Assembly: GCA_036172245.1 (NCBI GenBank)
Contig: JAYWIR010000068.1
Span: forward strand, 434,001-481,149
DNA length: 47,149 nucleotides
Source of the DNA: Raillietiella orientalis
Taxonomy: Eukaryota
Direction: 5' to 3'
Shown here in pieces: positions 1-12,650 of the stretch. A program made the translations under genes and the position numbers. The notes under the pieces are model-generated. The model saw nothing but the letters and a program-made list of their open reading frames with translations. It was not told where the DNA came from and did not search any database. Positions within the stretch are counted from its first letter, which is position 1; each line of letters starts with the position of its first letter.

Positions 1-642
1 GCCGGTCTGCGTGCCGTTGCTCGCCGGGTAGCCATGGTTGCATTTGTGACGTGCATGACCAAACGTGCTGCCATCGAAATGCATGTCTATCTTACGTCAA
101 CAAACGCCCAGGCGCAACTGATCATCCTTTCTAGGATGCCGGCGACTTCCTCCCGGTGCCGTCGTGGATGCGACCTCGAGATTCAGTGTTTTCCGATGGC
201 GCCGGCGACCGCCGCCGTCGGGAAGCGCCTCGTCCTGTGCAAGTTGCGATCCGGGTTGCCGGACCCGTCGCTCGTCCCGGCCTTCTGCTCGGTCAGGCCG
301 CGCGCAGGCGAGGCTGCGGGAGTGGCTACGCGTCTGGAAGGTCTCTTGCCCGGAGGAGGAAGAAGCCCAAGCTCCTTCCTGGGTCAGCTGGAGCGAACAG
401 CATTCTTCGTCTGCCCTTCGCCCTCCTCGGTCGAGAAGAGCCAACGCACAAATCCGGGATCCGAACGCCATCTAGAAGAGCTAGTCAAAACTACAGAGAC
501 GGAGGCTTCCTGCCAAATCTCCCTCTGCCACTCTGAGATGGAGCTGCAGGTGGAGGAGTTTCGTGGAGGTACGCAAAGAGCGCGCAGCGTGCAGAAAGCA
601 ACTGGAGGCTGCGTTCACAGCTACCGCTCCTCGGTAGCCACG

Positions 643-658
643 ACCTTGAATTGGGGGT
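643..658 (+). repeat. Left target-site duplication (16 nt)
   Basis: ACCTTGAATTGGGGGT, identical to 5165-5180; about 2 nt at each end are ambiguous microhomology with the element. Confidence 0.9.
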
Positions 659-1501
659 TACCGGCAACAACCGGTATTCTGCACCGGGTGCAAGCAGTTC
701 GGCCACAGGGCCGGCGCTTGCCCAACGTGTCGTTGTTTCCGCTGCGGCAAAGTAGGACATCAAGTCCGAAACTGCCCGCATCCGGAGGTGTGCTCCTTCT
801 GCAAGAAACACGGACATGCGAAATGGAGCTGTCCGGAGTTTGAAAACTGCAGAAGGATTCGAGGTCTCTCTCCCGTGAGAGAGAGAAACATCAAGGAGGC
901 CGAACAGCCTCAGAAGGCAGGAAGGCAGAAAAAAGTGAAAGAAGCCGTCCCGGTGTCGGCGGACGGCTTCATAGAAGTGGGAAAGAAGGGAAAGAGGAGG
1001 ATGCTCGTCAAGGAGCAAGGAACTCCTCAAATCCTGGAAGCAGCAGAGCAGGAAGGCGAGAAGATGGAGGTAGCGCAGGAAGGTGCGAAGGAAGAGAGAC
1101 AGGAAGCCACTAAAGTGTCGCAGGAAGCTCTGCAGACCACGGAGGAGTTGGCAACACTGGCGGAGGAGATCATGGAGGTGCAGAGCGGTCCTCAGCAAGA
1201 GAAAATCTTGCAGAAGATCTGCACTGCACAAGAGAACATCAACCAGGTGGTGGAGGTCGCTGAACGCGAGAAGTTAGAGGAACAGCTTCTCGACGTGAAG
1301 GCGAACTTCTGCGCCAAGGTCGAGATAGAGGCGCTATCTCGAAAATTGATCGCGCAGGCGGAACACTCTACGGAGGAGGCGGAAATTACCGACCTCACAG
1401 GTACGGAGAGTGACGCCGGCAGCGAGAAGCCCGCTGCTTCTTCGACGTCTGGAAGAGCACGCTCTCGCAGACAGAAGAAGCTCAGGAAGGCCAAGAAATA
1501 G
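659..1501 (+). pseudogene. Tx1 ORF1 (gag-like, zinc knuckles), 5'-truncated
   Basis: Open from 659: CTGCKQFGHRAGAC, CFRCGKVGHQVRNC, CSFCKKHGHAKWSC; acidic coiled tail; basic C-terminus; TAG at 1499-1501. Confidence 0.9.
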
Positions 1502-1514
1502 GTCTTCCCCTTTT

Positions 1515-4500
1515 ATGACCTCTTCCCTATCGACCGCCAGGAGGCTGAACATCGGCTCCTGGAACGTAAACGGTGTGGTCGACCAGGGAAAAAGAAGAAG
1601 GATTGTGCGGACCATCGCACAACAAGACATCGTGTGCCTGCAGGAGACCCACAGGATGGGTCTGGAGATAAGCCAGCGAATGGAACGGCGATTCAACGGA
1701 CAGATGTTCGTCAACGAAGGAGAACGGAACACGAAGGGTGTGGCGGTGCTAATAAAGAACCACTTAGCCCCCACTATTCTGAAAGTGTTCTGTCCCCAAC
1801 CCGGACGAATCATCGGCGTGCGACTGGCCTGGTCCGCAACTGTTCACCTTATCCTGGTGAACGTGTACGGGCCGCACAGGCTAAAACATCGTTGTGCGGA
1901 GGCGCTGCATGCAACACTCCGGCAAAAGGTCGCCCCTAAGGACGTCGTGATTGTTGCTGGCGATCTCAACATCTCTGATGAGATTATTCATTCGGAAGAC
2001 GCCAGAGGAAGGACGGCGTATCGACGGCTATCCGAGGAGTTCGGACTGGTCTGGCGAACAGCAAGCCACAAGCCAATCGATCACGTCCTGCACAGCACCG
2101 AACTTGGGAACGGCATCCAGGGGTTTCGCGACACTATGACTACGGTGTCCGATCACCCCCTGGTGCGGTTTTCCTTAAGAACGGAGAATCCTCGGCGAAG
2201 GCAAGGCACCAGGGCGGCGCTCATCAGCATGCCCGCCTGGTTCGAAACCCATCCCGGACATCAGGCTGTCCTGGAGGCGATTCTGAGGGCAACAACTATC
2301 CGAAGAGTCGCCGACTGGGACAGCCTGAAACACAGGATACACCTGTTTGCGAACATGCAGTTCGGGGATAGGCGCTTGAGGCAAGAGGCGTACCGGGAGC
2401 TGAACATCCAAGATCGCTCCCTCTCAAAGTACTTCGATCAGTACGAGAGTCGGTACGTCCTCAATAACATAAAGGGGAAGTCGGCGTGCTGGAGAAGAGA
2501 AATCTGGCAACAGATATCTTCTGCATCCAGTACGACGGCCAAAAGCGACAGTCGTCTGAGGACATCGTGGATGCCTTTCACAGGCATTACACGAAACACT
2601 TCAGGCGACAACAGCTGTGTCGCGCTAGTCAACAGGCCTTCTTGAGCTATCTCGAGAAGAGGACCGACGACCTCCAGCGGAACAGACTGGAGGAGGAGTT
2701 CTCCGAAGAAGAGGTGAAGACTGCGTTTGTGCAACTTCGCAAGGACGTGGCAGCGGGCCCTGACAGTGTACCCATCACGCACTATCAGCGGTACCTGCAC
2801 GCCTACCTGCGCTTGTTCCACCAGTTGACCCTCTGCATCCGGGAAGAAGGCAGACTACCTCAGTCCTTCTACGAGAGTCGGATGAGATTGCTGCCGAAAG
2901 GAGGCGACTCTACCCAGATCGCCCAATGGAGGCCAATCTCGATCCTAAACTCCGATGCCAAGTGGTTGGCGAAGATCTGGTCCAACCGCTTAGGCAAGGT
3001 CATGTCGAGGCTGATCTCTCCGGTCCAGACATGTGCAGTCCCAGGACGACACATGTCGGACAATGTCAAGTGTGCCCAGGCCACCGTCGGACTCAGCCGA
3101 TACGTCGGCGAGAACCTGGTGCTGGTGTTCACTGACATGGAGAAGGCCTTCGACTCCATCGACCATGGGATGCTGCTGAAGGTTCTGGAGAAGCTAGGGC
3201 TTCCGGAACACTTCAGCAACTTCGTTAGGGCGGTACTCCAGAACCAGTACTGCCGGATCAAGATCAACGGCCAGGAGACGGCAGCAATCAGGATGGAACG
3301 AGGAGTCCGACAGGGCGACTCGCTAAGTCCGATGCTGTTCGTCATCTACATGGAGGCGTTGTCGTCCTTTATCGAGAAGAGCGGACGACTAAGCGGGATT
3401 ACCATCGATAGCCAGCGTCTTACCCATCTGGCATACGCCGATGATCTACTCTTCTTCCTCAAGGGAGAGAAAAATCAGCGTGCGTTTCTGGATGTGGTGG
3501 ACCTGATGGAACAGGGCTTGGGCTTAAAAATCAATTCCCAGAAGAGCCAGCTTTTGCCCGTCGGAATACTGGATCTCTCCACTCTAACGGGTAGTGGATT
3601 CCGTACGGTGGACACGGCCAAGGACCTGGGAGTCTACATCGGCGACGGCTCTGCGTCGAAGCTGCTGTGGAAGGAAATCCTGGGGAAAACGGCCAAGGAA
3701 GCAGCCAAGTACACCCGAACGGACCTTGGGATGAAGCGAAAGGCCAACATATGGAACGGAGTACTCCTTCCGAAAGTGCTCTTCGGGGCGGCCTTCGCCA
3801 GGATGAACAAGGACACTACTAGGGAGTTCGACAAGCTGCAAAGAAAAACACTCTGGGGCCACTATCGCCCAAGAGTAAGACTGAAACCCCTGTGTCGTCC
3901 CAGGGTAGAAGGCGGTTCCGGGATGAAGTCGCTTGCACATTCCATGGAAATCATGGATACGCGACACATCCTGGACATGGCCACTTACTGGGATGACTGG
4001 CCGTATGCGGCACACAGGGCCTACGCGTTGTTGCTTAACAACTCGAAAGGCCTGATGACTGCGCTGCTAGGCAAAGTAGGGGAATGGATAACAATCGACC
4101 CGACCTGGAGGAGGAAGCAACGGCTGGTGCGGAAGCACCAAATCAAGATCGTGCCGCGAAGCAGGGAACTCTGGCAGGACGAGTCCATCCTGGTGATCCC
4201 TTGGTTGCTTCCTGTCCCGCCGGACACGAGAAGCTGGATCTACCAGGGGTCCAGAGTTACCCTACTGCAAATCCAGGAGTGGAGGCGAGGAGGCTACCTA
4301 CATCAAACTCGTATACTTCGGTATACAGAGATGATGTTAGGAAGGTTTACCCACATGGCTTGCAAGGTGTGGATCAACCACAACGACTTCGCATGGTCGA
4401 GGGTAACAGAACAAACCTCCGAAGGCTTATCCAAGAAAACGACCGTGACACCAGTGCCCTCCAGGAAGCCACCGAACGCTACGGGAGTGAACGGTTCAAC

Positions 4501-5031
4501 CTGTTAGCGATCCGCAGGACGCTCTGGAGGAGTGACCTTCCGCCGGGCACCCAGGATGACCTCCTGATGTTTTATCACGGAGGAATCCAGAGTGGGTCCC
4601 GATTGCAGCACTTCACAGGAAGACGGGAAGACCGAGACTGCGCAGCATGTGGAGACGACGACACGAGACTTCACGTCTTGACGTGTCCCACACTGCTGCA
4701 TGACTGGTTGATCCTGAAAAGGATCATAGGACTTACCAACAAGTCCGTTATGGAGATCCTCGCCGGGATGTTTCATGGGGATGGTAATGTTCCCTGTTAC
4801 AATCCCATGGTGAGGACGACCATAGCCCTCTTCATCACCGCCATACTTGTGCGGTGGTGGAAAATGAGGAAAGCCAGGAGAGCCGCACCACCGATGGAGA
4901 TCCTACAAGGGCTCTGGAAGAGGGAAATCGGCATCAGGAACTGCGGGAAGATCCACGCCTGGACGTACCGATTCATCCTGAAGAGGATCCAGGACGACGC
5001 CCGGGACCATCCAGCTGGAATTCCCCCCTGA
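1515..5031 (+). pseudogene. Tx1 ORF2 (APE endonuclease + reverse transcriptase + C-terminal Cys/His finger), frameshifted
   Basis: SWNVNG, LQETH, NVYGP, GDLN, IDH, SDH (APE); WRPISILNSDAK, DMEKAFD, GVRQGDSLSP, AYADD (RT); CAAC...HVLTC. One A is missing at about 2471 relative to the sister copy; a second frame change occurs near 4410. Confidence 0.93.
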
Positions 5032-5164
5032 ACAGCAGAACTCTAGTGCAACCCAAGGACCCCCAAGTGCAAAATGTTTGTATTGAGTGAATGAGAGTGC
5101 GAATGTAAATTTTGTATTTTTATAGAAAAATAAACTTACCCCACCCCTTGTGGGACTTGGGGAA

Positions 5165-5180
5165 ACCTTGAATTGGGGGT
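5165..5180 (+). repeat. Right target-site duplication (16 nt)
   Basis: Identical to 643-658, directly after the element 3' end ...GGGGAA. Confidence 0.9.
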
Positions 5181-7264
5181 GCGGGCAGGCATGGTGGCTT
5201 GGGTCCAGAGTCCAGTCTTGCTTGATCCTCGGCCCTCCTTTGCTGCCACCCCTTTCTTCGTCAGCTTGAAGGCGATAGCAGGAGCGGCCATCACTAGGGA
5301 AGATCGGCGTGCGGTCCCCGCCGTCCAGCGGAGCAAGCGGGTTCGGAGCAACGCGCGCCCCCTTTGCAAGGAGGACGCTCCTTCGGGACGGCCGCCACCC
5401 CTACTGCCCCATCGCAGCTGAGGCGGCGGACCATCCGGCTCGAAGACCTGCCGCATCACGGAAACTCACCGGAACGTCGGCGTGGCAGCGAGAGTTCCAC
5501 CTCTGCCGCCTGTTCCGAGATGGCAGCACCGAGAGGAGGGCTCCGTCGAACGGAAGCAAAATGGACGCTCCGGATGTGCTTCGTGGTGGTTGGCGGTGGT
5601 GGAAGCGTCAAGTCTGTGGCAGCGTGGAGGTGGCTTTGGAGTGCTCGTCTTAGCATCTGGCCGGCTCAGGTTGCTTTGCAGTAAGTTTGCATGCCTCTGT
5701 TGTACGAATGCGCAACTGCTTGCGCTTCGTTGCTTTCTCGCCTCAAAAAGGGGACATGGAATGTTCGTAGCTGGGAAATGGCCTGAAAGCCCCGTAACGC
5801 GATTGTCCTCAATCCGAACTCGTTAATGCCCCATCTTCATGCATTTGGGGAAAAGATATGTTCAACAGATATATGTTGTTTTGCCTTCTGATTCCGACTG
5901 GTCCGTAAATCCATGTGAACGTGGCCTCTTCCCCACTAGTGGAAATTCGTTTTCCCAACCTGGCATTAAGGATCATTGCAAAAGGTGCACATAACGTTGA
6001 ATAAGAGGAAGTAGGATCAGCATGAAAACGAAAGTTAGAATAGCTGCATTCGAATGCAGGGATTCCACGTTGACGTGTAGTGTGGGTAAGTGCTCATTGT
6101 GCACTCCTTGACAAGGAGTTGTGTTTTCCTGATGTGTTCCCCTCAAGACTTCAATAGGGTTTTACCTTTAGATGTGGCTTGAGCACCCAATGCTGTGTAA
6201 AGTGTTGTTCAATAGGTGTGGCTTTGCCAGCAAACAGCAAGTCATTTTGAGATTTTATCATGTAGCATAACCTGAAGTCTTCTTGAGACATGGGATTTGT
6301 AGAACTATCTTCTCAGAAGTTTGCACGTGCTATCCTCATGTTGCTCTTGAGCAAATGGTGTCTTCTAAAGTTTTTGAAAGAGTGCTAAGTATTCAGTTAG
6401 CACGAGAGTAGCTGCACATCTGTAGTTCATTTCACCAACACTTTGATTTCAGAAATACCATGTGATGAATCAAATGCTTCCTTTTGTTTCCACTCATTGG
6501 TATCATTGACACTTGGGTGGTTCTTACCGAGATCTCTGTGCAAATATGTGGGTGCAGCATTGCAAGAGTGCAGATAAGATTGAACACCATACCTGTTGTT
6601 GCTTTTCCATTTGATTGCGTTGTAATGAACTTGTTTGTCCAACATCGTGAAGTGCTCCATAAATGCTGAAAAATGTGGAGTGGATCCTTTATCGTTTTCC
6701 TTAGCACCAGGGGTTTCAAATGCTTTGTAAATGTAAAATTGTACTCACTTGCATGCTGCATTTCCATTTATGTGTATGAACCTTCGCAGTATGTGATTCT
6801 TACATGAAGGTTTTCATGTTTCACTATTATCGGAAATCCTTTTGCAACGGTAGTAGCCACATACTGAGCAAGTATAGCAAAAGTAATGGAAATATCCGGC
6901 CATGTATACAAAATGGACATCATTAATATTTGTTGAGTTTAATTAATTTCCAACTCTGGGATTTGTTCTCATTCTTACTTAGCAAATATCAGTTGCAGCG
7001 TAGTTGGTGTTGCTTACAGGAGCTGTTGGTCTAGAGGGGAAGCTCAAAAGGAAATTATTGCTCCGTGACCCTGTGGTATGTGTATTTTAAAATAATGAAG
7101 TTGGGAAGCATTTGGCAGGAAATGTTGCTCTTCTGATTGAAAGAGTTTTTAAATGCTCTTATTTGTTTGGATATAAAAACACCATTCTTTAAATAGGAGT
7201 TAGTTTCAATCTTTGGTTATGTAGGAGCATTTTGCAAATGGTCATCCATTCATTCGACCTAGCT

Positions 7265-8860
7265 GGAAACCTAAACTATATGGCTCTAAGCTTTTTATTT
7301 AATCCCGTGTGAACGTATGTTATCTGCTGTTTGAAATGAACGAAAACAATGGTTGTGGATTACTATCTTCATGTACTGCTTCGGCTGTGTACGACTTGGG
7401 TGAATATTTTTGCACTGATGCGGAAACTTGCGGAATTTTTTACATTATTATGTTGAAGTGGCCTGTGTTTCAAGTGGCCTGTGTGCGTGTTTTCCAGGTG
7501 GTTGGTAGACGCTTGCTACGCACGTGGACTTTCATTTTCCTGTAGTATTCCGATTCCCTCGAGTCAGGTTAATGGTCATCTGTCGGGTTCTGGAGAATCA
7601 GCCCTATTCTTCAGCTCAAAGCCAGTTTTTCTCGATTATGATGAAGGCTGGCGCATGTGGGAAAAGGTCTCCACGTTCCCTCATCTGCATTCTGGTTTGA
7701 TCATGCCCTGGGTTACGTGGTGCATGTGGTTGTTCCTCGGCAGCCCCTAATGTATCGTGAGTGCTATATGTTGCACTTTCATGGGCATAGCTGCTGCATC
7801 CAGGGAGCCTGTAGGAATTGCTAATTGTTGCACATGGAAAGTTCTCGTCTATCTGTGCATCTCTATTGCTGTTCTCTGCACACCTCTTCCTACTTGTGCA
7901 GGCTTGCACTTTTCCTGGGTGATTTCCGTTTCCTCTCTCAGCTAGATTCGTGACCATCTTGTGGGTTCTCGGGAATGGGTTCTGTTCTTCAGCTCATAGA
8001 GTCTCTTTTCCATTCCGGTTTTTCCCACGTGACGCGAGTCCTGGGAAGTCTTTACGCCTGTTCGATGGTGGGTTCTTATTTTGGCCAGTATCTTGTGATG
8101 TGATCCTCTTCGTTGGTGTTTCGATGCAGAACTTTATTGAAGCTAATTTGCACGCTCCATAGTTTGCTGGTTTGCAGCACAGTTGGGTATTTTTGCAAAC
8201 TCCTTGAATGGATGTGGCAGTCATGTTCTTCGGCTTGGGAATTCTTACGGACTGCTGAGTTGATGCTGCCGCATATCGACTGCATCGTCCGGCGTGCGGG
8301 TTCGAACCAGTTTCCATCCCAGCCCACCGCTGCCATGAATAACCTTTTGATGATTATCTGGTTACGAAGGACTTCTGGGCGTAGGATTTCCAATTTCTCT
8401 TGGTTCCTGGATAGTTAGATGTCCGTAATCCTAATTTTTGATCTGCGACTGTCCCCTAGTGCGGTGCGCAGCATCGAGTATAGGCGTTTCCTCGCCCTGG
8501 TGGGGATGGCGAACGTATGCCGAACGGGGGCCCTCCGTCAAAAGAAATTTATCATCCTCGAAGGAGGCAAATGTCTAAGCGAATGATTCCAGGAGAGTTG
8601 ATGATTTCAGCTTGTCGAATTCGTCTATCAGAGAACGTTAGGTGTCGTGAGCCGGTGGCGATTTCAATCGCAATTTTGCGTATGGCCGATGCGAGCGTGG
8701 TAGTTTGCCGTCTAGTCATCTCAGTGGGCTCCACAAATTTGGTTGCAGGATACCAGTCTCCGTCGGGGATCATTGTGCCGCCTATATTTCTGGTGTGCAC
8801 CATAGAATCACGTTGAGTAAGGGGAAATAGGATCAGCATTAAAACGAAAACTGAAATTTC
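7265..8860 (-). mobile_element. Old, degenerate Tx1 ORF2 3' half plus 3' end
   Basis: Minus-strand translations LEILRPEVLRNQIIIKRLFMAAVGWDGNWFEPARR and IH*GLPRNNHMHHVTQGMIKPECR*GNVETFSH match LRILELKSIELQVQFRMLRLCAKLWCTPWCLPARL and LHWGLPCNARRHHCTRGRVDPTCIRCGE of younger copies in this window. AATAAA on minus at about 7294-7299. Confidence 0.7.
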
Positions 8861-9099
8861 AAGACCTCCACTTGTCTGTACTCGTAGGAGTTAAAGTGAG
8901 AGGCTTTATGGTTTCTGTCGGATGAGGAAACATGTGAAACCATGATTCTTCTAATTTGATGAGAGGAGGAGCAATAGGTGACAGTCAGTCTTAGTCCTAT
9001 ATTGGCCTAGTATACGCGATCGGGAGTTGTTCTACAATAAGCCTACATCTTTCAGACTGCACGATGCTTTCTCAAAATAGAACACAGCACCAAATCTCA

Positions 9100-9830
9100 T
9101 TACCACTGTTAGTTAGTTTTGGATGTTCGGTGTTGTACCCATGTTGATAGATGGTTGTAGCATCTTTCAACCTCAGAGCAGCTTTTGTATTGGATGTATT
9201 GATCATTATAGTTTTCATGCTGTTTACTGATTCAACTAGGAAGGCGAGCCCTTTATATAGTACTATATGAGATTGAGGATCACAACATCCTTCTGCAGTC
9301 CGTTCATCCCAGTTAGTGTAACCGTATTCACCATCAAATCCATAGTTGTCCTGCAGAGCTAATTGATATGCAGATGATGTGATTCTTTTCCCAGTCTTCG
9401 TCTATAAGGGCTAACTCATTTCTAATCTTAATTTGCTCACAATAACGCTTGAATAATGAATGTTCTCGTAAATGTATTCAGATCCTTGACAACTACCTTT
9501 GTCGCCTGTTATTTGCCAAGCTAATAAATGGTTGAAAACTTATGAGCTGTTGGGCGTAATCCCAGCTCTTAGTTGGCCTTTAGACGTTGTAAATTCTCCA
9601 TATTGATGAAGTTGATTGCGTGTTTCTCCGGACATATGAGTTCTATCGTTTACAGCAAACTGTTGTGCAACAATACTAACGTGAGAGCGCATGCCACAGT
9701 GGTAAACGATCATAGACTCCTCTAGCATGCAGGAGTATAAGTGTATATATCCAGTCCCTCTGCGTTGGAGAACCTGTACATTTAAAATATTGGTGACAAA
9801 CTCCTGCTCTTAGATACAAGTTTCAACCTG
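9100..9830 (-). pseudogene. rep: Heavily decayed CRESS Rep (unit 0)
   Basis: GTGYIHLYSCM (motif II-like), EHSLFKRYCEQIK, NGLQKDVVILNL (Walker B-like), VESVNSMKTIMI; lies immediately left of an ori-like remnant. Confidence 0.4.
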
Positions 9831-9861
9831 TGAAATTGATATTACAGTGATATTTGCGCGC

Positions 9862-9896
9862 GAGAAATTGCAACCATAGCCAATAATACTCGGGTA
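9862..9896 (+). other. Decayed CRESS origin remnant (unit 0)
   Basis: GAGAAATTGCAACC...CAATAATAC (9881-9889) aligns to CAGAAATTGCAATC...TAGTATTAC of ori1; 2 mismatches to CAGTATTAC; right arm of the stem lost. Confidence 0.4.
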
Positions 9897-10589
9897 AACA
9901 ACCGGACTGGGAAAACACCTAAACATGTTAACATAACTTGACGCAAACATGATGCAGCAATCTTATGTATCTACCTGATTGTACTGTTACGCAAGTGATG
10001 GATTGTGAGCCTATGTGCTCCGTGTGTTTTGGAATTCACTGTCACAACCCTCCATAGTTTACTGTTTGAGTGTCAACCAATACACAGTGTAATGCATTTT
10101 GCTCACTGCGATTTTATCTCCATTGTAGTCCGCATTTACTGATGATTTTGTCTGCTCAGTCCGTGGAACAAAATCAATCATCTAAACTATCATGAATAGT
10201 TGAAAAAGTGACAAGGAAGTACATCTTTAAAATGATAATGACCAACATAATCCTGCAGTGCCTTTCAAGATTGCATGTCCAGTCTATAGCCAAGCACATG
10301 TAACATTTTTCATTCGATTTTTTGGCGTATAAGCACTTCATGTTTCTGCCATAGTATAGGGTATTTATGAAATGAATGTTTGAAAATGTTAAAAATTACA
10401 GCTCTTAATGATTCAAATGATAATTTCAGCACTGAAGGGTGAAGTGTAGTTATTGTTTCAAAGGAAGCTCATGAAGAAGAAGCATTTAAATTATGCAATC
10501 AGTAACTGAAATTTCTGAATAAATATAAAATTGAGAATGTATTAGAAAGTCTAATTAAAGTGGTCAGGAGGTCAAGAGGGTTTTCGGGG

Positions 10590-11507
10590 ATGCCTGTTGT
10601 AACGCGTTATCGTTGTCGTGCTTATCAGCGAAGAATGCGGATGTTGTTTTATTTGGGGAGGCGACGTGCGGTCTCATATCGTCTCAGGGGAAATGTTCGG
10701 AATTATAATTATCGTCAAAAAGGCGTAATTCTATAAAGAGGAATACTTGGGCTGATGCTTTAATTGTTTTAAGTTCGAGAGTGGCTTTTGGTTGTCGTGA
10801 TTTCATTAAGCGTGCTGTTATTCCTCATACAATATATATGGATGATTTGCATCGTAATGAGGGAAATCAAATATCGTGTTTTGTGACCTGGAATTATTTT
10901 CTGAATGATGATAATAGAGAAATATTGAATTTGTGTGGTCTAAAGGATATGACTAATTGTTTTGAGTTCGTGTTGGTGTTAGATGGACTTTTGAACCTTT
11001 ATCTGGAACAATTACTGATGAGAATGAAGCACAGCTTGGCACATTTACTGTAGAAGGGAATTATGGTTATGTTAATTATGTTGTGGCTAATCCCAAAGAA
11101 CACGGTTGTAATACATTTGGAGAATTAACTTATTCAAATGTGCTTCATAATTTGACTTGGCATCAAACGAAGATATCATCTTTCTATTATAAATTCAAAG
11201 ACAGATGTTTGATGTTATGTAAAGGCTTATATACAGGAGTCGCCTATGACAGGCACAGGTGACTGTGTACTGTATACGAGGCCTCGTTGCCCGTGGTTGA
11301 GCACAGAAAAGGATACTCAGATGACTACAAAGATACTTGTTGGCAGTCCTGTTATTGCTAAACATGTTACTTTTAAGGTTCCTGCTGATTGGCCTTATGA
11401 GAAGATAATAGTGCCTGGTCATCAGAAGCTTGTGAAGAATTTTCCTGTTTCGAATCTACAAAAAATATTATTTTCAATTTAAAGGAGCTAGAGACAAGTT
11501 ATATTAA
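10590..11507 (+). pseudogene. cap: CRESS capsid protein, divergent and disrupted (cap0)
   Basis: Arg-rich N-terminus MPVVTRYRCRAYQRRMR; RCPWLST matches RCPWIDS and KYYFQFKG matches TYYIQFKH of cap1; several stops and frameshifts; convergent with a Rep C-terminus. Confidence 0.7.
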
Positions 11508-11509
11508 AT

Positions 11510-11995
11510 AAATTCTTTTATTTCGTTATTGTGGGTTACAATGAATTCTGTTTCTTGTTTTGAGTTGTCGTCAATGAAGTGGACAATTCATCTATCACTA
11601 CTCATGTTTTCGTACTTTGGGTCCATATTAGCCATGATGATCATGAGGACGCTTAAAAAATTTTGTGTACATTTAGTACAGCAGATGATACCATTTTTGG
11701 GCGATTCGATGAGTCCATAATTTATATGTCCCTCGACGTCCATTGTGAGGTCCATAATGATTTTCTCGCCGTTGTATATGTATGCAGCATCGCTGTTCTT
11801 GCAGTTATTTAAGTAAATGGCATCATATTGCATGTATGTATGTTTTGTCGTGGTTGTTTTTCCTGAATTGCCTTGGTAGTCGGCATAACAATGGAGGTCG
11901 CGTTCGTTTGGTTCATTTTGTATTATTCGTAGAAGGTTTAATTGCCATTTTTTTAATATTTTTCCATGCATGTCCCTTTGAATGCCGCCAAGGGC
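11510..11995 (-). pseudogene. rep: CRESS Rep, SF3 helicase half
   Basis: LKKWQ, GNSGKTT (Walker A), KIIMDLT (Walker B), NYGLIESPKNG, IIMAN (motif C), MSSDR (Arg finger). Confidence 0.88.
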
Positions 11996-11999
11996 ATGA

Positions 12000-12650
12000 C
12001 TGAATGTCGCGTTCTACCAGCTTGCCAGTTTGGTCAGTGATATCTCCCAAGACCTCTAAGGTACATCGCGATGCGCTCTGGGAGTGGCCGCTGCGTTGAA
12101 AAGAACTCCACGAGCTGTCTTTCGGCTTCGCTATATGCCGTGATGCGCGTGAACTGCGGCGACACGCGCCCAATGTTGACACATGACGTAATCCTGAAAC
12201 ATTGAGTAGCTGATTTGTCCCTTAAATTGGGGGTCTGCAACTGCCAGTTCTGCGTAGACAGCCTCGATCAAAGAGGCAATCCCATTGCAGTAGTTCTGAA
12301 TTCTAGAACTCCGCCATCCTGACTGTAACCTTGGTCTCCGTCAACTTGGAACTCATTCAGCCAAAGCGGATCGTTCCTCGTCTCAGAGGGGATGGTTGAC
12401 AAGTTCTTGGGGGTCGGAGTTGGCCTGTCTGGCTCGGGGAGAAAACTGTTGTGAAACATCAGAGCCACTTCGGCTCGGCCTGGGACGGAACCTCCTTCGA
12501 GGACCGGATCCTGAGGCTGGAGCTGATGCTGAGACTGGAGACGGAACGGCATCATCAGCTGGAAAGTTGCGAATATCTTTTAGGAAAGACCATTTTGCTT
12601 ATCTAAGCATCAACCATAAAGTTTTACAGCACAAGGTGTAAAAAGGGTAT
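12000..12650 (-). mobile_element. Probable L1/Tx1 ORF2 post-RT fragment separating two Rep halves
   Basis: GC-richer than its flanks; PFYTLCCKTLW and DPLWLNEF...GL resemble post-RT motifs of L1/Tx1 ORF2; no TSD seen. Confidence 0.45.

Larger units (their letters stand above)
659..5164 (+). mobile_element. Tx1/L1-clade non-LTR retrotransposon, family A, 5'-truncated copy with target-site duplication
   Basis: ORF1 tail with three CCHC knuckles, then APE-RT ORF2 and a 3' UTR. Near-identical to the minus-strand copy from about 39557 down to 35051. Flanked by ACCTTGAATTGGGGGT at 643-658 and 5165-5180. Confidence 0.95.

Noticed and set aside
34..843. 269-aa ORF
   Set aside because: It spans the target/element junction at 658 in a frame that is not the ORF1 frame, and has no recognisable domain.
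5965..6040. Similarity to 8768-8850 (GTGCAC...CGTTGA...TAGGATCAGCAT.AAAACGAAA)
   Set aside because: Probably another tiny relic of the old Tx1 family; too short to annotate.
6060..7260. Host gene exons in AT-rich DNA (also 8860-9100 and 9900-10580)
   Set aside because: Only short ORFs without motifs; cannot be supported.
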